From NCBI GenBank assembly GCA_022826705.1, contig JAJDUJ010000007.1, positions 211,134 through 275,133 of the forward strand: DNA of 64,000 bases, written 5' to 3'. Position 1 is the first letter of the stretch. Every line of letters begins with the position of its first letter. The position numbers and the translations under genes were made by a program. This document shows positions 28,321 through 35,463 of this stretch, piece after piece. The notes beneath the pieces are model-generated. The model had not been told where the DNA came from, made no database searches, and was given only the letters and a program-made list of their open reading frames with translations. The stretch is from Acidimicrobiia bacterium. GTDB lineage: Bacteria; Actinomycetota; Acidimicrobiia; Acidimicrobiales; Bin134.

Positions 28321-29273
28321 GCGACCAATCCACCATTCCCCGCCCGATCATCATCGACACCGACCCTGGCCAAGACGACGCCATCGCCATCCTGGCCGCA
28401 TTGGCCTCCCCCGAGCTCGAAGTACTGGGCGTCACCGCGGTGGCCGGAAACGTGCCCTTGGACCTGACCGCCCGCAACGCCCTCATCCTGGTGGAGCTGG
28501 CCGGTCGCACCGACGTCCCCGTGTTCGCCGGCTGCGACCGCCCCCTGCGCCGAGATCTGGTGACCGCTGAGCACGTCCACGGCAAAACCGGCATCGACGG
28601 TGCCGACTTGCCCGATCCTGTTACTCCACTGCAACCCCAGCACGCGGTGGACTGGATGATCGAGACGCTCTTGGCCGCCGGGGAGCGGGAGATCACCATC
28701 TGCCCGGTGGGGCCGATGACCAATGTGGCCACTGTGCTGGAGACCGCCCCGGAGGCAGCCAAGCACATCCGGGAGATCGTGTGCATGGGCGGCGGGTTCT
28801 TCGGCGGGGGCAACACCACCCCTACCGCGGAGTTCAACGTGTTCGTCGACCCCGACGCCGCTCAGATCGTCCTCCACTGCGGTGCCCCGGTCACCATGCT
28901 CCCCCTTGACGTAACCCACAAGGCGCTGATGACCGACGCCTGGATAAACCAAGTGCGGGCCCTGGGCAATCGTACCGGGGCAGCCGCCGCGGGAATGCTG
29001 GACTTCTACGAGCGCTTCGACGTGGACAAATACGGCACCTTCGGCGGTCCTCTGCACGATCCCAACGTGATCGCCTACCTGCTGCGCCCCGACCTCTACG
29101 GCGGGCGCCACTGCAACGTGGAGGTGGAGACCCAATCCCCTCTCACTATGGGCATGACCGTGGTGGACTGGTGGGACGTCACCGATCGACCCCCCAACTG
29201 CCAGTTCATCACCGAAGTGGACTCCGACGGCTTCTACGCCCTGCTCTTGGACCTCCTCGCCCGCCTGCCCTAG
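28317..29273 (+). CDS. nucleoside hydrolase (IUNH family)
   Basis: N-terminal fingerprint IIIDTDPGQDDAIAIL. ATGA overlap with gatD. Confidence 0.9.
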   Translation: MSDQSTIPRPIIIDTDPGQDDAIAILAALASPELEVLGVTAVAGNVPLDLTARNALILVELAGRTDVPVFAGCDRPLRRDLVTAEHVHGKTGIDGADLPDPVTPLQPQHAVDWMIETLLAAGEREITICPVGPMTNVATVLETAPEAAKHIREIVCMGGGFFGGGNTTPTAEFNVFVDPDAAQIVLHCGAPVTMLPLDVTHKALMTDAWINQVRALGNRTGAAAAGMLDFYERFDVDKYGTFGGPLHDPNVIAYLLRPDLYGGRHCNVEVETQSPLTMGMTVVDWWDVTDRPPNCQFITEVDSDGFYALLLDLLARLP

Positions 29274-29285
29274 CCGCGGACAGGG

Positions 29286-30458
29286 TCAGTCGGTGCCGAC
29301 TGTCAGCACATCTATCTCGGCGTCGTCGTAGCCCAGCTCGGCGAGGATCTCCTGCGTGTGGTGACCAGGGTGGACGGGACCGGCGCCCACCGCAGCCGGG
29401 GTGTCAGAGAAGGTGAGGGGAAGCCGCAGCACTGCCAGCTCGCCGCCATCGGGGTCGGGAACCATCGAGAAGATGTTCAGGTGCTCCACTTGAGGGTCGG
29501 CGAACGTCTCGTCCACCGCCAGCACCGGTCCGCAAGGGCACCCGGCGGCGTTGAGCCGCTCCACCCATTCGGCGGTGGTGGCGGTGGCCAAGCGCTGCTC
29601 GATTATCTCGTCCAATTCGATGCGGTGGGCCGTGCGGGCGTCGTGGTCGGCGAATCGGGGATCGGCCACCAGCTCGGGAGCGCCCAGCGCCTCGGCGAAG
29701 GTCTCCCACCGGGACATCGGGGCCACGTTGACGTGCCCGTCGGCAGTGGCGAACATGCCCATCGGCACGATGGTGGGATGGTTGTTGCCCTCTTGGGGTG
29801 GGACCTCGCCGTCGGTCAGCCAGCGCACCGCTTGGAAGTCCATGAAGTTGATGGCCGCCTCCAGCAGCGACGTGTGGACCCACTGGCCCCGCCCGGTGCG
29901 CTCCCGCGCCAACAGCGCGGCCAACACCCCCTGGGTGAGGAACGTTCCCGCCGCCGTGTCGGAGATGGCAATCCCCACCCGCCAGGGCCCGCTCCCCGGT
30001 GGACCGGTCACGCTCATCAGCCCGCTCAGCCCTTGGGCGATCTGGTCCACTCCCGGGCGGTTGGCATACGGCCCTTCTTGTCCGAACCCCGAAAGGCTGG
30101 CGTAAACCAACCGGGGGTTGCGGGCCGACAACACCTCGTATCCGATGCCCAGGCGGTCTTTCACCGCCGGCCGATAGTTCTCCACCACCACATCGGCCCG
30201 ATCAGCCAGCCGGAAAAACGCCTCCCGGGCCCGGTCGTCGGTCAAGTCCAGGCCCATCGACCGCTTGTTGCGCTGAAGGTTGTAGGTGTCGGACCCGCCC
30301 AGGGAATAGGGACTGGGCTCGACGACGCGGATCACCTCGGCCCCCATGTCGGCCAGCTGTCGGGTGCAAGTCGGGCCGGCCCGGGCCCTGGTGAGATCGA
30401 CCACCCGCAGGCCGGCCAGCGGCCCGTTTCCCGCCTCGGCTCGGTCGTACAGGGCCAT
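29286..30458 (-). CDS. CaiB/BaiF family (class III) CoA-transferase
   Basis: The GLRVVDLT...GPTCTRQLADMGAEVI N-terminus is typical of family III CoA-transferases. Confidence 0.9.
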   Translation of the reverse strand: MALYDRAEAGNGPLAGLRVVDLTRARAGPTCTRQLADMGAEVIRVVEPSPYSLGGSDTYNLQRNKRSMGLDLTDDRAREAFFRLADRADVVVENYRPAVKDRLGIGYEVLSARNPRLVYASLSGFGQEGPYANRPGVDQIAQGLSGLMSVTGPPGSGPWRVGIAISDTAAGTFLTQGVLAALLARERTGRGQWVHTSLLEAAINFMDFQAVRWLTDGEVPPQEGNNHPTIVPMGMFATADGHVNVAPMSRWETFAEALGAPELVADPRFADHDARTAHRIELDEIIEQRLATATTAEWVERLNAAGCPCGPVLAVDETFADPQVEHLNIFSMVPDPDGGELAVLRLPLTFSDTPAAVGAGPVHPGHHTQEILAELGYDDAEIDVLTVGTD

Positions 30459-30475
30459 CGTGCTACTACTACCCC

Positions 30476-31273
30476 ATGGGCCAGACTGTGGACACAGGAA
30501 CCGACAAGCTGATCGCCGAGGTCGAGGGCGCGCTCGGCCGCATTGTGTTCAACAATCCTGAGCGGCACAACGCCATCACCACCGACATGTTCGCGGCGCT
30601 GGCCGCCGTTGTCGACGCCTACGAGCAAGACCCGGAAATCCGAGTGGTGGTCATCTCCGGTGCAGGGGATCGGGCGTTCGCCTCTGGCGCCGACATCGGA
30701 AGCCTGGACTCCGCTCGGGGACCGAGCAGCAACCCCTCACCCGACGATGCCCGCACCAGCCGGGGACCGGCCGCGCTGGGCCGACTGACCAAGCCGCTGA
30801 TCGCCGCAGTGAACGGGTACTGCCTCGGAGGGGGGCTGCTGGTGGCCCTCCACGCCGATCTGCTGGTGGCCACCGACCGCTCGCAGTTCGGCATCCCCGC
30901 GGCCCGCCTGGGAGTGGGCTATCCCATCGAGGGCGTCGAGCAGCTTGTGGGCCGGGTGGGCGATGCCAACGCGGCGCGCATCTTGATGACCGGGGACCGG
31001 ATCAGCGCTGAGGAGGCGGCCCGCATTGGCCTTGCCCATTCAGTGGTGCCCGCCGGCGAACTCGACCGCGAAGTCGACAAGCTCTGCTCCCGCCTGGTGG
31101 CCAACGCCCCGCTCACCCTGCGGGCCGTCAAGCTGTCCATCCACGCGGCCACTGGCCGGGGCGATCGCCAGGCAGCCTTGGATGCCATCGCCGACTGCTG
31201 GGCCAGCGAGGATTTTGCCGAGGGACGGGCCGCTTTCGCCGAGCACCGCGACCCCCGTTTTCAGGGGCGTTGA
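30476..31273 (+). CDS. enoyl-CoA hydratase/isomerase (crotonase) family protein
   Basis: RIVFNNPERHNA...VVVISGAGDRAFASGADI...AAVNGYCLGGG. Confidence 0.9.
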   Translation: MGQTVDTGTDKLIAEVEGALGRIVFNNPERHNAITTDMFAALAAVVDAYEQDPEIRVVVISGAGDRAFASGADIGSLDSARGPSSNPSPDDARTSRGPAALGRLTKPLIAAVNGYCLGGGLLVALHADLLVATDRSQFGIPAARLGVGYPIEGVEQLVGRVGDANAARILMTGDRISAEEAARIGLAHSVVPAGELDREVDKLCSRLVANAPLTLRAVKLSIHAATGRGDRQAALDAIADCWASEDFAEGRAAFAEHRDPRFQGR

Positions 31274-31297
31274 GCGTAAAATCCAACCACTAGAGCT

Positions 31298-31933
31298 ATG
31301 TCCACAGTTGCCGCCTTCTTCGTCTTTCTGCTGATCATGCTGGCGTTGGCCACCCTGGCCATCATCTTGGACTGGATGGGCAAGCCCATCCGCCGCTCCT
31401 TTCGACCCCGCACCACCGGCACGCCCGCCTGGCTGATGGTTGACGCCCCCATACCTCCAGAGGCTCCCGACACCGCTTCAGCGCCGAGTGCTCGCAGTGA
31501 TCTGCCGGCGCTCCCCGCCGAATCCACCACCATCCAACAGCCGGAGGTCCCCCTTGGGCCTACCGCAGAACAGCCCACCGAGTACCCCGCTCCCGACCCT
31601 GCCCCTCAGCCAGAAGAACCGTCGTCGTCGGGACCTTGGCAGGCGGGTGAATCCATCTTCAAGCTCACCCCTCGGGGAACCCCGCCGTCGATCACCGCGG
31701 TGCGCCGCCGCTACTGGAAGAACCTGTCCGAGCGCCGATCCTCAGTGTTGTTCGGCGAGGACAATCGGACCCTGATGGCCGTAGGGCAAGCCCCCCAGCG
31801 CTTCAATCCCCGAACCAGCACCATTGAGGAGCTGGACCTGCCTGAGCCCATGCTGCGCTACTGCTGGGCCACCAAGCGCAAGCCCACCCCCACTTGGGGA
31901 GACAAGGGGCTCGACCCCTTCGCCCAGCCATGA
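31298..31933 (+). CDS. hypothetical membrane-anchored protein with Pro-rich linker
   Basis: N-terminal TM (AAFFVFLLIMLALATLAIIL), ~90 aa Pro/Ala/Glu-rich linker, and a basic C-terminal ~90 aa (RRRYWKNLSERRSSVLFGEDNRTLMAVGQAPQRFNP). Confidence 0.55.
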   Translation: MSTVAAFFVFLLIMLALATLAIILDWMGKPIRRSFRPRTTGTPAWLMVDAPIPPEAPDTASAPSARSDLPALPAESTTIQQPEVPLGPTAEQPTEYPAPDPAPQPEEPSSSGPWQAGESIFKLTPRGTPPSITAVRRRYWKNLSERRSSVLFGEDNRTLMAVGQAPQRFNPRTSTIEELDLPEPMLRYCWATKRKPTPTWGDKGLDPFAQP

Positions 31934-32388
31934 GCGCCACCCCCACGCTCAGCGATCAATTTGCCGATGGGGCCGAGACCGTGGCGCACCGGGGGCGAGA
32001 CGTCCGGCCGCTGCTGCGGCTGGCGGTGTCGGAGGGCACCAGGGTGCGGATAGAGCGGATCGCCGCCCGCCCCGACCGTCGCCAAGCCCTCAAGCTGGCC
32101 GCAGTAAACGGTCTCCTCGAGGCTAATGAGGCTGTTTCTGAGGTCATCTCGCTGTGGTCCGACACCAGCCCGACCGAGGTGGAGCTGACCGTGCTCGGGG
32201 CCCAGGTCCGGCGCTTGGAGGTGTGGAATGCCTGGGATCTGGGCGGACTGGAAACGGCGTGGCTGGGCAACGCCGGCATGATCGTGGAAACCGATGAGCG
32301 GCACCTGGCCCTGCACTGTAGCGACGGCCTCGGCCCGCCCAGCTTCACTGACCTCCAAGTACACCTCTCAGTGGCTCAACCGGGCTGA
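31930..32388 (+). CDS. hypothetical protein, translationally coupled to the preceding gene
   Basis: ATG at 31930 overlaps the upstream TGA (ATGA). 152 aa with no recognised family. Confidence 0.5.
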   Translation: MSATPTLSDQFADGAETVAHRGRDVRPLLRLAVSEGTRVRIERIAARPDRRQALKLAAVNGLLEANEAVSEVISLWSDTSPTEVELTVLGAQVRRLEVWNAWDLGGLETAWLGNAGMIVETDERHLALHCSDGLGPPSFTDLQVHLSVAQPG

Positions 32389-32406
32389 TTCGCGGCAAGC
32401 TTAGGT

Positions 32407-33663
32407 ATGGCCATATCGCTCGACGATCTCACTGCTGACACCTCCTTCACCCAGCACGTCAAGGGCCAAGTCACGTTTCTGCCCGAGCCCGAGCGGGCCG
32501 ACCGGTGGACGCCGATGATCTCGGTGGACGACCACATTGTGGAGCCCCCTGGGGCCTTCACCGATCGATTCCCGGCCAAATATGCCGACGACGCTCCCCG
32601 GGTTGTCACACTCGACGACGGATCGGAAACCTGGCTGTACGCCGGGCACTCGCTGCCCAACGTGGGGTTTAACGCGGTGGTGGGCCGCCCTGTCAGCGAG
32701 TACAGCTTCGAACCCACCCGCTTCAAGGACATGCGCCGGGGCTCATGGGACATCGACGCCCGGATCGCCGACATGGACCTCAACGGGGTCTACGCCTCGC
32801 TGTGCTTCCCGTCGTTCTTGCCCGGCTTCTGCGGACAGCGGTTCCAGCAGCTCACCGACGACCCCGACCTGGCCCTGGCCGCGGTGCGAGCCTGGAACGA
32901 CTGGAACATCGAGGAGTGGTCCGGGGCCTGTCCCGACCGCATGATCCCCTGTCAGCTCACCTACTTCCTCGACCCCGAGGTGGGCGCGGCAGAGGTGTAC
33001 CGCAACGCCGAGCAGGGCTACAAGGCCATCAGCTTCTCCGAGGCCCCCCATTCTCTGGGGTTCCCCTCGCTGCACTCCGGCCATTGGGACCCGATCATGG
33101 CCGCCTGCGAGGAGACCGAGACCGTGGTGTGCCTGCACGTCGGCTCCTCGGGCACCTCGCCGGCCACCTCGCCCGACGCCCCCTCCGACACCGTGGGGGT
33201 GCTGTTCTTCGGCTACGCCATGTTCGCCGCGGTCGACTGGCTGTACTCCAAGATCCCGGTGCGGTTCCCCAACATCAAGATCGCCCTCAGCGAGGGGGGC
33301 CTCGGCTGGGTGGCCGGTCTGTTGGACCGCCTGGAGCACGTCCGCAAGTACGACTCCATGTATGGCACCTGGAACGACGTGGAGCTCTCCCCCGCCGACA
33401 CCCTGCGCCGCAACTTCTGGTTCTGCGCCATAGACGACCCCTCGGCCTTCGACCACCGCCACTACATCGGCCTGGAGAACCTGATGGTGGAGTCCGACTA
33501 CCCCCACGCCGACTCCACCTGGCCCAACACCCAGGAACTGCTCCGCAAACAACTTGCCGGCATCCCCGCCGACGAGGTCGCCCGCATCTGCTGGGCCAAC
33601 GCCAGCGACCTCTTCCGCCACCCCGTCCCCGACTCGGTGATCGCCGATCCCAACAGCTTCTAG
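32407..33663 (+). CDS. amidohydrolase family protein (amidohydrolase_2 / ACMSD-like)
   Basis: ISVDDHIVEP at the N-terminus and ESDYPHADSTWP near the C-terminus are hallmarks of the amidohydrolase_2 fold. Confidence 0.85.
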   Translation: MAISLDDLTADTSFTQHVKGQVTFLPEPERADRWTPMISVDDHIVEPPGAFTDRFPAKYADDAPRVVTLDDGSETWLYAGHSLPNVGFNAVVGRPVSEYSFEPTRFKDMRRGSWDIDARIADMDLNGVYASLCFPSFLPGFCGQRFQQLTDDPDLALAAVRAWNDWNIEEWSGACPDRMIPCQLTYFLDPEVGAAEVYRNAEQGYKAISFSEAPHSLGFPSLHSGHWDPIMAACEETETVVCLHVGSSGTSPATSPDAPSDTVGVLFFGYAMFAAVDWLYSKIPVRFPNIKIALSEGGLGWVAGLLDRLEHVRKYDSMYGTWNDVELSPADTLRRNFWFCAIDDPSAFDHRHYIGLENLMVESDYPHADSTWPNTQELLRKQLAGIPADEVARICWANASDLFRHPVPDSVIADPNSF

Positions 33664-33688
33664 GCTTCATCAAACCATCGGGAACCAG

Positions 33689-35188
33689 ATGAACGAGAAG
33701 AACCTTCGCCCAAGAAGCCCACAAGCAGTCGCCATTCTGTGCGCCGTGGCCCTCTCAGTGCTCGCCGCCTGCGGGGGTTCCTCTCAAGACCTCGGAGTCG
33801 GCGCTGACGCCGACGACGCGGATGCCGAGACCATCTCCGAGATTGATGTCGATGCCGGCTCCACTTGGCAAGAGGTATTCGACACGTTCAACGCCGCTGA
33901 GCAGTCCTGCATCAAAGACAGACTCGACGAGGACATATTTGAATTGGGGATGAAGCAAACAGCTATAAGCGAGGACACTAGGGAACAATGGGTAGCAGCG
34001 ATCTTCTCATGTTCTGAATTCGATACCCCCCGTCGACAGTTGCTAGGGGGAATAATGGCGGACATAAGAGAAGGGATAGGGGGAGAAGTGGAGGTGAGCG
34101 ACGACGAGGGGGGGTGCCTCCGGGATTGGGCAATCGGCCTCGATGACGACGACGTAACGGTCATGCTCACCCAAGATGACAATGCCATCGCCGCGGCCCA
34201 TAGTCTGGGAGTAATAGCTTGCGTGCCCGACCTGATCGTCGAACTCGTGACCACCGGGATGGGAATAAACGCCAGCGACCTGAGCGACGACGAACGAGAG
34301 TGCCTGCGGGAATGGGTAATCGGCTTGGATGAAGACGACATGACGGTCATATTCACCCAAGAAGACGATGCCAGCGCCGCGGCCCATAGTCTGGGAGTAA
34401 TAGCTTGCGTGCCCGACTTTATCGTTGAAGGAATGGCTGTTGGGATGGGAGTGACCGCCGGCGATCTGAGCGACGACGAACGAGAGTGCGTACAAGAACG
34501 AATAGCCGACGTCGACCCGGCTAGCCTAACCGCCGAAGACGACGCCACCCTTGAAATAGCCTTCTTTGGCGCGTTCGCCTGCGTGCCCGACCTGATCGTT
34601 GAAGGAATGGCTGTTGGGATGGGAGTGAACGCTGGCGATCTGAGCGACGACGAACGAGAGTGCCTGCTGGAATGGGTAAACAGCCTCGACGAAGACGATA
34701 TGGCGGTCATCCTCACTCAAGAAGACGATGCCGCTTCCGATGCTCTTGCCCTGACATTTGTTGCCTGCATGCCCAACCTGCTCCCCCAAGGAATGACCGG
34801 CGCGGTACCGCCGACCGCCGAATGCAACACGATCGCTGATGCAGGTAACGGGCAAGATGATCACGCCGACACCATCGCGGATGCCACCCCTCTCGCAGTA
34901 AGGGAGGCTGCCGAGGGCACGATTGATTATGATGTCGATTCTGATTTTTTCGTGTTCGAGGCAGAGGCAGACGAGTCTTACCAAATTGACGTTGCCCCAG
35001 GCACCATGCGGGATCCGGTGGTTTCGCTGTGTGACGGCGAGGAATTACTGGCTTACAACGACGACTATGACGGCTTGGCCGCGCGCATCTACTGGGAGGC
35101 ACCGAGTTCGGGTCCGTTCTACGTGAAGGTTGAAGGATGGGACACTGGCACCTACACGTTAACAGTCACCGCTGAAAGCCCGTTGTAG
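33689..35188 (+). CDS. secreted acidic Cys-repeat lipoprotein with C-terminal PPC (pre-peptidase C-terminal)-like domain
   Basis: Lipobox LSVLAAC|G. Contains 4-5 copies of a ~58-62 aa module (DLSDDERECLREWV..LDEDDM.VI.TQEDDA...IACVPD.IVEGMAVGMGV). The tail GTIDYDVDSDFFVFEAEADESYQIDV...GTYTLTV resembles a PPC domain. The gene is visibly lower in GC than its neighbours. Confidence 0.7.
   Translation: MNEKNLRPRSPQAVAILCAVALSVLAACGGSSQDLGVGADADDADAETISEIDVDAGSTWQEVFDTFNAAEQSCIKDRLDEDIFELGMKQTAISEDTREQWVAAIFSCSEFDTPRRQLLGGIMADIREGIGGEVEVSDDEGGCLRDWAIGLDDDDVTVMLTQDDNAIAAAHSLGVIACVPDLIVELVTTGMGINASDLSDDERECLREWVIGLDEDDMTVIFTQEDDASAAAHSLGVIACVPDFIVEGMAVGMGVTAGDLSDDERECVQERIADVDPASLTAEDDATLEIAFFGAFACVPDLIVEGMAVGMGVNAGDLSDDERECLLEWVNSLDEDDMAVILTQEDDAASDALALTFVACMPNLLPQGMTGAVPPTAECNTIADAGNGQDDHADTIADATPLAVREAAEGTIDYDVDSDFFVFEAEADESYQIDVAPGTMRDPVVSLCDGEELLAYNDDYDGLAARIYWEAPSSGPFYVKVEGWDTGTYTLTVTAESPL
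34091..34810 (+). repeat. in-frame 174-186 bp tandem repeats (4 clear copies) within the lipoprotein gene
   Basis: Copies of ga(g/c/t)(g/c)tgagcgacgacga(g/a)... start at 34091, 34277, 34463 and 34637 (spacing 186, 186, 174 nt). Confidence 0.8.
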
Positions 35189-35219
35189 TCTGCTGGTGGG
35201 CTAGGTAGGATGCCCCCGG

Positions 35220-35291
35220 TGGAGCTGGGGGGACTCGAACCCCCGTGGCGAGGTGTCAAGTCTGCACCGCCCCGACCTACCGGGCAGCCCC
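35220..35291 (-). ncRNA. 72-nt tRNA-like element (Ala-type acceptor, canonical T-arm, aberrant anticodon arm): atypical tRNA, tRNA mimic or pseudogene
   Basis: Minus strand reads GGGGCTG...GGGGG-TTCGAGT-CCCCC-CAGCTCC-A. It has a 7-bp acceptor stem with G3:T70 and a T-loop matching GTTCRANYC. The middle folds only as CCCG-GTAGGT-CGGG plus GGTG-CAGACTTGA-CACC (4-bp stem, 9-nt loop, no U33-NNN-R37 layout). CCG, not CCA, follows the discriminator. Confidence 0.5.
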
Positions 35292-35318
35292 AAGTGGAGA
35301 AAGCGAAGCTCTCTCCAA

Positions 35319-35357
35319 GGGCCGCACCGGGTCTGTGCATGAGACCCGGTGCGGCCC
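35319..35357. terminator. perfect 16-bp GC-rich hairpin
   Basis: GGGCCGCACCGGGTCT-gtgcatg-AGACCCGGTGCGGCCC. On the plus strand it is followed by CTTAGTATTGTAT. It could terminate the lipoprotein gene transcript and/or form the 5' end of the minus-strand RNA. Confidence 0.55.
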
Positions 35358-35362
35358 TTAGT

Positions 35363-35391
35363 ATTGTATGGACAGACATGACACTTACCAA
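35363..35391 (-). promoter_or_regulatory. sigma-70/SigA-like promoter candidate pointing at the hairpin and tRNA-like element
   Basis: Minus strand reads TTGGTA-N17-TACAAT (-35 at 35391-35386, -10 at 35368-35363) within a ~100-nt AT-rich tract. The predicted start falls at about 35357-35355, the first G residues of the hairpin. Confidence 0.35.
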
Positions 35392-35463
35392 CAAAAGTTT
35401 AGATAGACTGAAAGATACTGATGGCAAGGAATCGCTCTGAACGAATTCGCTGCTGATCCTGAG

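Noticed and set aside
34091-34810. Possible CRISPR-like or non-coding repeat array
   Set aside because: The repeat period of 174-186 bp is a multiple of three and stays in-frame within one long ORF. There are no short unique spacers. These are protein-domain repeats.
35220-35291. tmRNA (ssrA) interpretation, prompted by the ...CCAGCTCCACC 3' end identical in style to tmRNA/tRNA-Ala
   Set aside because: The matching 5' strand GGGGCTG lies only 72 nt upstream. There is no room for a pseudoknot or tag-ORF region. No tag-like reading frame ending in ...LAA occurs in the ~140-nt predicted transcript. The gene order is not that of permuted two-piece tmRNAs.
35220-35316. selC (tRNA-Sec) interpretation, tempting because the window has two Sec candidates and a 97-nt version starting at GGAGAGAG is about tRNA-Sec length
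   Set aside because: No UCA anticodon lies in any loop. Only 4 bp of acceptor pairing is possible for the 97-nt version. There is no 8/5 or 9/4 acceptor/T geometry and no long variable arm.
35210-35440. 76-aa ORF covering the tRNA-like element and the hairpins
   Set aside because: It runs through structured RNA and palindromic sequence and has no RBS. Its existence is explained by the absence of stops in GC-rich hairpin sequence.
33689-35463. Integrated mobile element or prophage remnant
   Set aside because: No integrase, transposase, recombinase or phage gene is visible, and I could not find a direct repeat of the tRNA-like 3' end upstream by eye. It is kept only as a compositional observation.
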